The notes under the pieces are model-generated. The model was not told the origin of the DNA, did no database searches, and saw nothing but the letters and a program-made list of their open reading frames with translations. A DNA stretch of 64,000 nt, from the NCBI GenBank assembly GCA_965208575.1, contig CBDBOV010000004.1, positions 1,323,875-1,387,874 of the forward strand. Reading direction: 5' to 3'. This stretch comes from Spirochaetia bacterium. GTDB taxonomy: Bacteria; Spirochaetota; Spirochaetia; SZUA-6; Bin103. The number at the start of each line of letters is the position of its first letter. Position 1 is the stretch's first letter. Made by a program: the position numbers and the translations under genes. Below, one piece after another: positions 1-8,941 of this stretch.

Positions 1-2112
1 GTCGCCCTGGCGCAGGACGGTGATGCCGGCGGCCGCCAGCGGTTCCTGGAGCTGGCGAAACGAACGGTCCAGCATCGCGTACGAGGTGAACAGCACCAAC
101 GCCCGCCCGCGGCTGGCGCGCAGCACCGCGACCAGGTAGCGGCCGAGCCACGCCTGGTGTTCGGCGGCGGTGGGCTCCGGGGCATCGATCGGGATGCCGG
201 CCAGCGCCTGCTCCCGGTACGCGAACGGCGACGGATACTGCTCGGTGAATACCGGCCGCGAGGTGACCTCGGCCAGCCCCACCCGCCCGCACCAGAACCC
301 GAAGTCGCCGGCAACGGTCAGCGTCGCCGAGGTCAGCACCACGCTCGGATAGCGGTCGAAAATCGCCGCCCGCATCAGCGGCGCCACCTCCACCGGTGTC
401 ACCACGAGCCGCGCCGCCGCCGTGCCGTCGCGGCGGCGGAAACCCTCCACCCAGCGCACGGCGTTGCCCGCCAGTTGGCCATCCGCGCGTGCCGGCACGC
501 TGCCCAGGCGCTCGCACAGCCCGGCGGCGGCGCGCATGCGGCGCGCCTGAATACGCAGTTCCACCGCATCGGCGTCATCGCGGTCCGCCGGCTCGGCGGC
601 ATCCAGCGCCGCCGACACCGCACCGGCGAGGCTCGCCAGCGTTGCCCCGGTCGCCTCCAGCGTTTCCACCAGGCCGCGGTCGCCCGGCACGTCCAACACC
701 GCCGCCGGTTCGCCGACGAGCTGGCGCGCGGCGGCGCGCTCCAGCCGGCCGGCCAGGCGGCGCAACTGTTCCACCTGCGCCACTACCGCGCCCAGATCTC
801 GGCCGGCGCCGATGAACCAGTCAGCGCGGCGCGGCACCAGCCCGTGTTGCCCGCCGAGTCGTCCGCCACGGCTGCCGCCGAGTCGTCCGCCACGGCTGCC
901 GCCGTGGCGGGCGCTGACCAGCCGGCCGGCAAGTCGTTCCAGCCCGGTGCGCGCGAGCCGCTGCGAAAAGAACGAGGCGGCGTTGCTCTCGATGGCGTGC
1001 GCTTCGTCGAACACGATGCGCCGGAACCCCGGCAGCACGGCCGCGCTGGCCAGGGCTTCGCGCCCGCCGCCGCCCGCCAGGCGGATCGCCAGGTCGGCGA
1101 ACAGCAGGTGGTGGTTCACCACCAGCAGGCGTGCCGCCGCCGCCTCGCGGCGGGCGCGCAGCACGAAGCACGCCTCCCGGTCGGGGCAGCGCAGCGCGTT
1201 GCAGGCATCGCCCTCCGAACACACCAAGTCCCAGGTGGCGCCGGCGGTCGCAAACGGCAGGTCGCTGCGGCTGCCGGTGGGGCTGGCCAGCGACCACTCG
1301 TAGATGGCGCGCACCTCGGCGGCGGCGTGTGGGTCGAGCGCACCCTCCGCGATGGCCGCGGGCAGGCCCTGCGCGTCGGCATGCACCTCGCGCAGGCGGC
1401 GCAGACACAGGTAGTTGCCGCGCCCCTTGACCAGGCAGCTCTTCACGTCGGTGCCGAGCATGCGCTGCACCAGGGGCAGATCCTGCGCCATGAGCTGCTG
1501 CTGCAGGTTGATGGTGGCCGTGGACACCACCACCCGCTCGTCGTTGGCGTCCGCCCACGCCACCGCCGGTACCAGGTAGGCGAGCGACTTGCCGATGCCG
1601 GTGCCCGCCTCGGCCGCCACGATCACCTCGTCGTTGAACGCGTCGCATGCCGCCTGCAGGAGCGAGACCTGGCCCGCCCGCTGCTCGAACCCCGGGTGCA
1701 GCCGGTGCAGGGCGCCGCCCGCGCGCAGCGTGGCGGCCAGCGCGCGCGTGTCGAGCGGCCTGCGCTCGCGGCGCGGCGCCGGTTCGGCGACCACGTAGAT
1801 GCGCGACACCGCATTGTCGACGATGCAGAACCCCTTGCCCTGGTCGCCCACCCAGCCGGCGACGGCGAGGTCCGCCTCGCTCGGCTGCAGCAGTCCCGAG
1901 GGATGGTTGTGAATCAGCAGGTCGGCGCCGTCGACGTAGGGGGCGAGTACCGGCACTTCGCGGTCGTTGCCGCGCGCGGCGATGGTCACGCTGCGCACCA
2001 GGCCGCCGGTATCGCAGTTGCCGACGCAGAACACCTCGCGGCCATCCGCCTCCGCGATGGCGTCGCGCAGCGTGCCGGCCGCCGCCGGCGTAAACCAGGC
2101 GCCGATCTCCAT
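1..2112 (-). CDS. dinG: ATP-dependent DinG-family helicase with N-terminal JAB/RadC-like domain (3' end runs off the window)
   Basis: Minus-strand frame not in the ORF track because it is open at the edge: MEIGAWFTPAAAG...LLIHNHPSGLLQPSEADL (JAB-like HxHPS..D), then EAGTGIGKSLAYL (Walker A), VVVSTATINLQQQL, LVKGRGNYLC, VFDEAHAIE. Alternative in-frame ATG at 2139. Confidence 0.9.
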   Translation of the reverse strand, partial: MEIGAWFTPAAAGTLRDAIAEADGREVFCVGNCDTGGLVRSVTIAARGNDREVPVLAPYVDGADLLIHNHPSGLLQPSEADLAVAGWVGDQGKGFCIVDNAVSRIYVVAEPAPRRERRPLDTRALAATLRAGGALHRLHPGFEQRAGQVSLLQAACDAFNDEVIVAAEAGTGIGKSLAYLVPAVAWADANDERVVVSTATINLQQQLMAQDLPLVQRMLGTDVKSCLVKGRGNYLCLRRLREVHADAQGLPAAIAEGALDPHAAAEVRAIYEWSLASPTGSRSDLPFATAGATWDLVCSEGDACNALRCPDREACFVLRARREAAAARLLVVNHHLLFADLAIRLAGGGGREALASAAVLPGFRRIVFDEAHAIESNAASFFSQRLARTGLERLAGRLVSARHGGSRGGRLGGSRGGRLGGQHGLVPRRADWFIGAGRDLGAVVAQVEQLRRLAGRLERAAARQLVGEPAAVLDVPGDRGLVETLEATGATLASLAGAVSAALDAAEPADRDDADAVELRIQARRMRAAAGLCERLGSVPARADGQLAGNAVRWVEGFRRRDGTAAARLVVTPVEVAPLMRAAIFDRYPSVVLTSATLTVAGDFGFWCGRVGLAEVTSRPVFTEQYPSPFAYREQALAGIPIDAPEPTAAEHQAWLGRYLVAVLRASRGRALVLFTSYAMLDRSFRQLQEPLAAAGITVLRQGD
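851..904. repeat. 24-bp tandem duplication inside dinG (adds one GGSRGGRL unit)
   Basis: ccgccgagtcgtccgccacggctg occurs at 851-874 and 875-898, followed by a partial third copy. Confidence 0.9.
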
Positions 2113-2287
2113 CGGGCGCCGGTCGCCGCTCCTTCTCATCCGTCCTGGCTCCTGGCGCGCATCGGGTGCTGGCACTCTATGGCGTGCGCTGGCCATAGAC
2201 AAGCTCCTACAGAGCGTGGACACACGGCCGCGCGGACGCACCGGTGTTGACCCGGACGGCGCCGGCATAGTACTCATAGCGCTACAT

Positions 2288-2471
2288 CACAGGATCAGTA
2301 GAGGAGCGGCCTCCAGGAGTAGGCCCGGCGGATGGTTGGATGCTAGGTCGCCGGGAGCGCCGAAAGGGGCGGGCCGCCGAAGCGGATGGCCGCCAACCCG
2401 GCCGTCGCTGGTTGCCGGGGCTAAATCCCCGGGACTGTCACCCGCTGCGGGTGGAGCGCTCTGAGGCCTGT
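2288..2471 (+). ncRNA. Lysine riboswitch (L-box)
   Basis: Hallmark motifs in the expected order: AGAGGAGCG (2300), AGTA (2318), GAAAGGGG (2362), GCCGAAG (2376), ACTGTCA (2434), GGAGCGCT (2453). P1 pairs acagg..tcag with ctga..cctgt. Lies directly upstream of a lysine biosynthesis operon. Confidence 0.92.
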
Positions 2472-2545
2472 CTCCGGTGTGGCGAGCCCGCCGCGCCTCC
2501 CGCCCGCAGCGAACGCACCCACGATCCGAAAGCGAGGTGCTCAAG

Positions 2546-3664
2546 ATGGCACGTATTCCGGTTGCCGTGGTCGGCGCCACCGGCATGGTGGGACAACGCA
2601 TAATCGCCATGCTCGACGGTCATCCCCAATTCGAACTGCGCGAGGTCGCCTCCTCGGCACGCACCGCGGGCAAGCGATACGGCTCCGCCGCCACCTGGCG
2701 CGTGCCGGCGGCGATGCCGGACGGAGTGGGCGGCATGAGGCTCAAGGAAGGCGGCAGCCGGCTCGACAGCGGCGTCGTTTTTTCCGCCATGCCGGGCGGG
2801 CCGGCGACCGCCATCGAGCGCGCCTACGCCGCCGCCGGCAAGGTCGTGGTGAGCAACTCCAGCAGCTACCGGATGGACCCCCGTGTGCCGCTGGTGATTC
2901 CGGAGGTCAACGCCGATCACCTGCAACTGGTGCGCAGCCAGGGAACGCCGGGCGGGATCGTCACCAACTGCAACTGCGCCGCCATGTTTCTGACCATGGT
3001 GCTGGCCCCGCTGCACCGCCGCTACGGCGTCGAGGCGGTGCAGGTCACCACCATGCAGGCGGTGTCCGGCGCCGGCTATCCCGGTGTCGCCAGCCTCGAC
3101 ATCCTCGGCAACGTGTTTCCGCTGCCGGGCGAAGAGGAAAAGATCGAACGCGAGACCCAGAAGATGCTCGGCTCCGTGGCCGGCGGCGTGGTCACCCCGG
3201 CGTCGTTCCCGGTGAGCGCGCAGTGCCAGCGGGTGCCGGTCGAGGACGGCCACACCGAGACCGTGTCGGTGCGCCTGTCCGGCAACCCGGATGCCGGCGA
3301 CGTCGCGGCCGCGCTGCGCGACTTCCGCGCCATGCCGCAGGTACAGGGGCTGTACAGTGCCCCGCCGCGCCCCATCGAGGTGTTCGAACAGGAGGACCGC
3401 CCGCAGCCGCGGCTGGATGCCAACCGGCACGGCGGCATGGCCGCATCGGTGGGCCGCATCCGCGCCTGCCCGGTGTTCACGGTGAAGATGCTCGTGCTCG
3501 GGCACAACCTGATGCGCGGCGCCGCCGCGGCCGCCATGCTGAACGCCGAGGCGATGCTGGCCATGGACCTGCTGCCTCCGCGGCCGGCGGCGGCCACGAC
3601 ATCCCATGCGGAGGCCACGGAGGCCGGCGTCGGGGCCGCCATGCAGGTGCCGGCGAACGCATGA
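2546..3664 (+). CDS. asd: Aspartate-semialdehyde dehydrogenase (archaeal/eukaryote-like subtype)
   Basis: VAVVGATGMVGQR Rossmann motif, RMDPRVPLVIPEVNADHL, NCNC active-site Cys, QAVSGAGYPG, GHNLMRGAA. SD GAGGTG precedes the ATG at 2546. Confidence 0.95.
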   Translation: MARIPVAVVGATGMVGQRIIAMLDGHPQFELREVASSARTAGKRYGSAATWRVPAAMPDGVGGMRLKEGGSRLDSGVVFSAMPGGPATAIERAYAAAGKVVVSNSSSYRMDPRVPLVIPEVNADHLQLVRSQGTPGGIVTNCNCAAMFLTMVLAPLHRRYGVEAVQVTTMQAVSGAGYPGVASLDILGNVFPLPGEEEKIERETQKMLGSVAGGVVTPASFPVSAQCQRVPVEDGHTETVSVRLSGNPDAGDVAAALRDFRAMPQVQGLYSAPPRPIEVFEQEDRPQPRLDANRHGGMAASVGRIRACPVFTVKMLVLGHNLMRGAAAAAMLNAEAMLAMDLLPPRPAAATTSHAEATEAGVGAAMQVPANA

Positions 3665-5010
3665 CCGTGATGAAGTTCGGAGGCTCCTCGCTGGCAACGG
3701 CGGAGCTTCTGGACCACGCCATCGGGATCGCCGCCGGCGCGCTGGCGGACGGCGTCGTGCTGGTGGCTTCCGCCATGGGCGACACCACCGACCGGCTGCA
3801 ACAGATCGCCAGCCTTGCCGGGGAGGGCGAGCGGGACGCCGCCGGCCAGGAGGTCGCGCGCCTGGAACGGGAGCACCGCCGGACTGCCCGTGAGTTGCTG
3901 GGGGGCACCGCCGCCGGCGCCACCGCGGAGGACCAGCTCGGCGAGCTGTTCGGCGAGTTGCGCGCCATCGTGACCGGCATGGGGCTGCTGCGCCAGTGGA
4001 CGCCGCGCAGCAACGACGCCGTGCTTGGCTTCGGGGAGCGCGCGGTCACCGTGCTGCTGGCCGCACGCGCGCGGAAGCGCGGCATCGACGCCCGCCTGCT
4101 CGACAGCCGTGAGCTCATCGTGAGCGACGACCGGTTCATGCAGGCCAAAGTCCGCCAGCCGGAGACCGCCGAGCGCATCCGCCGCCGCGGCCGGCCCGCA
4201 GCCGGGCAGATGCTGGTCGCGCAGGGCTTCATCGCCGCCACCGGGGATGGCATCGACACCACCCTCGGGCGCGGCGGCTCCGACTATACGGCCACCCTGT
4301 TCGGTGCCGCCCTCGGGGCAACCGAGGTGACGATCTGGACCGACGTTACCGGCATCATGAGCAGCGACCCCCGCCTGGTGCCGGCGGCGCGCACGCAGCC
4401 GTGTATCAGTTACCGGGAGGCGGCCGAGATGGCCTACTTCGGCGCCCGCGTCATTCACCCCGCCACCATTCAGCCGGCGGTACGGGGCGGCGTCCCGGTT
4501 TCGGTACGGAACTCGTGCGAGCCGGAGGAGGCGGGCACGCGTATCGCAGCCGACGCCGCACCCGGCGTCAAGGCGATCGCCTGCAAGCGCGGCATCACCC
4601 TGATCAACGTCACCTCGTCGCGGATGCTGCTGGCGTACGGATTCCTGCGCCGCATCTTCGAGATCTTCGAACATCACCGCACGCCGGTGGACCTGGTCGC
4701 CACCTCCGAGGTGTCGGTATCGATGACCATCGACGACGCCGCCCACCTGGATGCCATCGCCGCCGATCTCGCCGAAGTCGGCGCGGTCAACATCGACCGC
4801 GACGCCAGCCTGGTGTCGATCGTGGGCCAGGACCTGTGGGCGCAGCCCGGCTTTCTCGGCACCGCCGTCAGCGCGCTCGACGGAGTGCCGCTGAAGATGA
4901 TGTGCCTGGGGTCCTCCGACATCAACCTTTCGCTGGTGGTGGCCGATGCCGCCACCGAGACCGCGGTGCGGTCCTTGCACCGCCGCTTTTTCGAGGCCTC
5001 ACCATGCTGA
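3661..5010 (+). CDS. lysC: Aspartate kinase
   Basis: MTVMKFGGSSL, TTLGRGGSDYTA, IWTDVTGIMSSDPR, C-terminal ACT domains. ATGA overlap with asd. Confidence 0.95.
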   Translation: MTVMKFGGSSLATAELLDHAIGIAAGALADGVVLVASAMGDTTDRLQQIASLAGEGERDAAGQEVARLEREHRRTARELLGGTAAGATAEDQLGELFGELRAIVTGMGLLRQWTPRSNDAVLGFGERAVTVLLAARARKRGIDARLLDSRELIVSDDRFMQAKVRQPETAERIRRRGRPAAGQMLVAQGFIAATGDGIDTTLGRGGSDYTATLFGAALGATEVTIWTDVTGIMSSDPRLVPAARTQPCISYREAAEMAYFGARVIHPATIQPAVRGGVPVSVRNSCEPEEAGTRIAADAAPGVKAIACKRGITLINVTSSRMLLAYGFLRRIFEIFEHHRTPVDLVATSEVSVSMTIDDAAHLDAIAADLAEVGAVNIDRDASLVSIVGQDLWAQPGFLGTAVSALDGVPLKMMCLGSSDINLSLVVADAATETAVRSLHRRFFEASPC

Positions 5011-6251
5011 ACCTGGGCGGCGTTTCCGCCGCATCGCTGGCGGAACGCTACGGCACGCCGCTGTACGTATACGAGGCGGGCCGCATTCGGGACGCGTACG
5101 CGACCCTGCAGCGCGCCTTCGACGTGCCTGACCTGCGCATTCACTTCGCCACCAAGGCGAATTCCAACCCCTGGATCCTGCGCATCCTGGCGCACGCCGG
5201 CGCCTGGGCGGATGTCGTTTCGCCGGGAGAAATCCTCATGGCGCGCACCGCCGGCTTCCCGGCGCGGCGCCTGCTGTACAACGGCAACTCCGCCTCCGAC
5301 GCCGAGCTGCGCGAGGCGGTCGAGCAGCGCGTGCGCATCAACGTGGAGTCGCTGTCGCAACTGCGCCGCCTCGGCACGGTGGCGCCGGGAGTGGCGGTCA
5401 GCATCCGCTTCAACATCTACGTCGGCGGCGGCCACCACTCGCACGTGATCACCGGCGGCCCGGAGAGCAAGTTCGGCATCGACTGGGAGCTGGCGGACGA
5501 GGCGCGCGCGCTCGCCGGGCAGGGCCGGCTGCGCATCGCCGGCGTACACTGCCACATCGGCTCCGGAGTGCTGCAGGCGGAGCGGTTCGTGGAGGCGGTG
5601 ACCAACCTGCTCACGGTGGCGCGCCGCTTCCCGGACCTGGAGACGGTGAACTTCGGCGGCGGCATCGGTATCCCCTACCGGCGCGGCGACCGGGAGCTGG
5701 CCGTCGACCGCCTCGGCGCGCTGCTGACCGCGGAGTACGACCGATTCTGCGCCGCCTACGGCGCCCGGCCCGCCCTGTGCCTGGAGCCGGGGCGGTTCCT
5801 GGTGGCACGCTCGGGCACCCTGCTGTGCCGGGTGACGGCGGTGAACCAGGCGCGCAAGTACCTGTTCGCCGGCACCGACAGCGGCTTCAACCACCTGGTC
5901 CGGCCGGCCATGTACGGCTCCTACCACCACGTGGAGCCGGTCGAGCCGCGCTCCGGGGAGCCGCGCGAGACGGTGCTGACCGGCAACATCTGCGAATCGG
6001 GAGACGTGTTCACGCGTGACGAAGAGGGCATCGTGCCGCGCGCCCTTGCGCCGCTCGAGGAGGGCGACCTGGTAGCGATCCGGGACACCGGCGCGTACGG
6101 CTTTGCCATGGCCTCGCGCTACAATTCGTTCCCCCTGCCGGCCGAGGTGCTGGTCGAGGACGGCGCCGACACCCTGATCCGGCGCCGCGACACGCTGCCG
6201 CAACTGCTCGACAACATCCCCGGCCTGCCGGATGAAGATGGAGAACGATGA
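5004..6251 (+). CDS. lysA: Diaminopimelate decarboxylase
   Basis: YGTPLYVY, FATKANSN (PLP Lys), SKFGI, HCHIGSG, LEPGRFLVA, GNICESGD, GAYGFAMASRYN. Confidence 0.95.
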   Translation: MLNLGGVSAASLAERYGTPLYVYEAGRIRDAYATLQRAFDVPDLRIHFATKANSNPWILRILAHAGAWADVVSPGEILMARTAGFPARRLLYNGNSASDAELREAVEQRVRINVESLSQLRRLGTVAPGVAVSIRFNIYVGGGHHSHVITGGPESKFGIDWELADEARALAGQGRLRIAGVHCHIGSGVLQAERFVEAVTNLLTVARRFPDLETVNFGGGIGIPYRRGDRELAVDRLGALLTAEYDRFCAAYGARPALCLEPGRFLVARSGTLLCRVTAVNQARKYLFAGTDSGFNHLVRPAMYGSYHHVEPVEPRSGEPRETVLTGNICESGDVFTRDEEGIVPRALAPLEEGDLVAIRDTGAYGFAMASRYNSFPLPAEVLVEDGADTLIRRRDTLPQLLDNIPGLPDEDGER

Positions 6252-7156
6252 TGCAGATTCCATTCGTCAAGATGCACGGCATCGGCAACGATTACGTCTA
6301 CCTGGACCGTGCCTCGCGCCAGCGCGAACCGGCGTCGCGCCGCCGCGAGCGCGTGGCGGACACGCCCGAGTGCGCCGCGCCCGAGGTGGCGGAGGAACAG
6401 TGGCCGGCGCTTGCGCAGGCGATCGCCGACCGCCACTTCGGCGTCGGCGGCGACGGGCTGGTGCTGATTCTGCGCGGCGACGCCGAGCCGCTGCGCATGC
6501 GCATGTTCAACGCGGACGGATCGGAGGCGGAGATGTGCGGCAACGCAATCCGCTGCGTGGCGCGCTATGCGCGCGACAGCGGCCTGGTGGAGGGCGATCG
6601 GTTCAGCATCGAGACCATGCGCCGCGCGGTCGCCATGGAAATGCTTGGCGACGGGCGCGTGTGCGCCGACATGGGCGCCCCGATGACGCTCGACAACGGC
6701 GCCGAGCTCACGCCCGCGCCGCGCTGCCCCGAGACACTGACCATCGACGGCGTCGAGCGGGAATTCACCCCGGTGAGCATGGGCAATCCCCACGCGGTGG
6801 TGTTCGTGGACGATCTCGACTTCGACCTGGCGGCGGTCGGCACGCGGTGGGAACACCATCCGCGCTTCCCGCAGCGCACCAACACCGAGTTTGTGGTGCC
6901 GCTGGCCCGCGACCGGCTGCGCATGCGGGTGTGGGAACGCGGCAGTGGAGAAACCCTGGCCTGCGGCACCGGAGCGTGCGCCGCGGCCGTGGCGGCCGTG
7001 GTCACCGGACGCGCCGAGCGCCGGGTCACGCTGCACCTGCGCGGCGGCGACCTGGAGATCCACTGGTCGCCGGACGACAATCACGTATACATGACCGGGC
7101 CCGCGGCGTACGTATTCAGCGGCACGTTCACCTGGCACACGACGGAGCAACCATGA
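6248..7156 (+). CDS. dapF: Diaminopimelate epimerase
   Basis: FVKMHGIGNDY, NADGSEAEMCGNAIRC, SMGNPH, WERGSGETLACGTGACA. Confidence 0.96.
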   Translation: MMQIPFVKMHGIGNDYVYLDRASRQREPASRRRERVADTPECAAPEVAEEQWPALAQAIADRHFGVGGDGLVLILRGDAEPLRMRMFNADGSEAEMCGNAIRCVARYARDSGLVEGDRFSIETMRRAVAMEMLGDGRVCADMGAPMTLDNGAELTPAPRCPETLTIDGVEREFTPVSMGNPHAVVFVDDLDFDLAAVGTRWEHHPRFPQRTNTEFVVPLARDRLRMRVWERGSGETLACGTGACAAAVAAVVTGRAERRVTLHLRGGDLEIHWSPDDNHVYMTGPAAYVFSGTFTWHTTEQP

Positions 7157-8340
7157 GTCGCAATCCAACCTACGCCAGCCGGCGTCTCGCCGGCCTCGGC
7201 AGCTACGCCTTCGCCGAGGTCGGCCAGGAAGTCGCCAAGCTGCGCGCGCGCGGCATCGAACCGATCGACTTCGGCGTCGGCGATCCGACCGTCCCGACGC
7301 CGGAGATCGTGCGCCGCGCCACCGTGCGCGGAGTCGAGGAGCGGCAACGCGCCGGCTATCCCAGCTACATCGGCGAGGCGGCGTTCCGGATCGCCGTCGC
7401 CGACTGGACCGGCCGGAGATTCGGCGTCGCGCTCGACCCCGAGAGCGAAGTCTCGGCCACCATCGGCGCCAAGGAGGCGGTGTTCAACTTCCACGAGGCA
7501 TTCGTGGACCCGGGCGACGTGGTGCTGTGCCCCTCCCCCGGCTATCCGCCCTACAGCCGCGGCACGCTGTTCGCCGAGGGCGAGCCGTACCACCTGCCGC
7601 TGACCGCCGAGCGCGGCTACCTGGTGGATCTCGGCGCCATTCCCACCGACGTCGCGCGGCGCGCGAAGGTGCTGTGGATCAACTATCCCAATTCACCCTC
7701 CGGCGCGGTCGCCCCGCGGTCGTTCCTGCAGGAGGTGCTGGAATTCGCCGCCTCCCACGACCTGATCGTGGCCTCCGACGAAGCGTACTCGGAGATCTAC
7801 TTCGGCGCGCCGCCGCTGTCGATGCTGAACGTCGGCAAGGAGCGGGTGCTGGTGTTCAACTCGCTGTCCAAGCGGTCCGCGATGACCACCTACCGGATCG
7901 GCTGGGTCGCCGGCGACCCCGAACTGGTGGCGCTGTTCCGGCAGGTCAAGACCAACATCGACTCCGGTACCCCGACGTTCATTCAGGACGGCGCGGTGGC
8001 CGCCCTCGGCGACGAGAGCCACGTGCGCGCCTTTCGCGAGCAGTACCGCCGCAAGCGCGACCTGCTGTGCGCGGCGCTGGTCGAGGCGGGGCTGGCCGAC
8101 TGCCGGCCGGACGCGTCGCTGTACGTGTGGCAGCGCGTGCCCGAGCACCTGAGCTCGGTGGAGTTCGCCACCGCCCTGCTGCATCCGGAGATCGCCATCG
8201 TGACCACTCCGGGCGCCTGGATCTCCGACGCCAACCCCGGCGAGGCCAACCCCGGCGAGGGCTACGTGCGCTTCGCCCTGGTGCCGTCGGAGGAGCAGAC
8301 GCGGCGCGCCGCCGACCTGCTGCGCATGGCATCGTTCTAA
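7153..8340 (+). CDS. dapL: Class I/II PLP aminotransferase, probable LL-diaminopimelate aminotransferase
   Basis: DFGVGDPTVPTP, WINYPNSPSG, SDEAYSEI, FNSLSKRSAMTTYRIGW. Last gene of the lysine operon, ATGA-coupled to dapF. The substrate is inferred from context. Confidence 0.75.
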   Translation: MSRNPTYASRRLAGLGSYAFAEVGQEVAKLRARGIEPIDFGVGDPTVPTPEIVRRATVRGVEERQRAGYPSYIGEAAFRIAVADWTGRRFGVALDPESEVSATIGAKEAVFNFHEAFVDPGDVVLCPSPGYPPYSRGTLFAEGEPYHLPLTAERGYLVDLGAIPTDVARRAKVLWINYPNSPSGAVAPRSFLQEVLEFAASHDLIVASDEAYSEIYFGAPPLSMLNVGKERVLVFNSLSKRSAMTTYRIGWVAGDPELVALFRQVKTNIDSGTPTFIQDGAVAALGDESHVRAFREQYRRKRDLLCAALVEAGLADCRPDASLYVWQRVPEHLSSVEFATALLHPEIAIVTTPGAWISDANPGEANPGEGYVRFALVPSEEQTRRAADLLRMASF

Positions 8341-8403
8341 CGGCCCGTTCCACCGCGCCGCCGAGCTTGCCGCCGGGCGCCGTCTGCTTCTAGACTGTTG
8401 AGC

Positions 8404-8850
8404 GTGGATCGCCTGTTCGACCGCCTCGGTGACATGCTGCGCGCGGTGCTCGGCGGCGACGGCGCCGGTGCCGCCGAGCGCGGCGCGCAACGCCGGCGGC
8501 CGCTGCACACCGACGACCCCGACCTGGCCGCCGCCTGGGACGAGCTGGAGAGCTTCCTCGACGGGGACGACCAACCCGCGCACGGCGGCCCCTCGTCCGC
8601 GTCCGGTACGACCGGGGCCGGCGCGCCGCATCCACGCGAGCCGCTGCGCGCCGACTACGCGACGCTCGGCGTGGCCTTCGACGCGCCGCTGAACGAGGTG
8701 AAGCGCGCCTACAAGCGCCTGATGCAGGCCCACCACCCCGATCGTTTCGCGCACGACCCCGCCCGCCAGGCCGACGCCACGCGCAAGGCGGCCCTGATCA
8801 ACTCCGCATTCGCGCGCATCGAGCGGGAGGTACGCGCCGCGCGCGAGTAG
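8404..8850 (+). CDS. J-domain (DnaJ-like) protein
   Basis: C-terminal YATLGV...VKRAYKRLMQAHHPDRF...INSAF (HPD motif). Start at GTG 8404 or TTG 8398. Confidence 0.85.
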   Translation: MDRLFDRLGDMLRAVLGGDGAGAAERGAQRRRPLHTDDPDLAAAWDELESFLDGDDQPAHGGPSSASGTTGAGAPHPREPLRADYATLGVAFDAPLNEVKRAYKRLMQAHHPDRFAHDPARQADATRKAALINSAFARIEREVRAARE

Positions 8851-8941
8851 CGCGCTGCCCCGGCCGCGGCGGCCGCGACGCGACTGCCGCGACACCGGCG
8901 GGTGACGGACGGTTACGCCCTGCGCTATAGTGCAGGCCACG

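Noticed and set aside
157-2250. 697-aa plus-strand ORF
   Set aside because: Antisense shadow of dinG caused by high GC3; it has no recognisable motifs, while the minus frame carries all the helicase motifs.
2247-2276. Sigma70 promoter for the riboswitch leader
   Set aside because: TTGACC is present, but no convincing -10 hexamer lies at 16-18 bp spacing, so it was not annotated.
2479-8340. Apparent fusion-length ORFs (843, 616 and 702 aa) in the lysine operon
   Set aside because: The N-terminal extensions are stop-free alternative frames over the preceding gene; the real starts are at 3661, 5004 and 7153.
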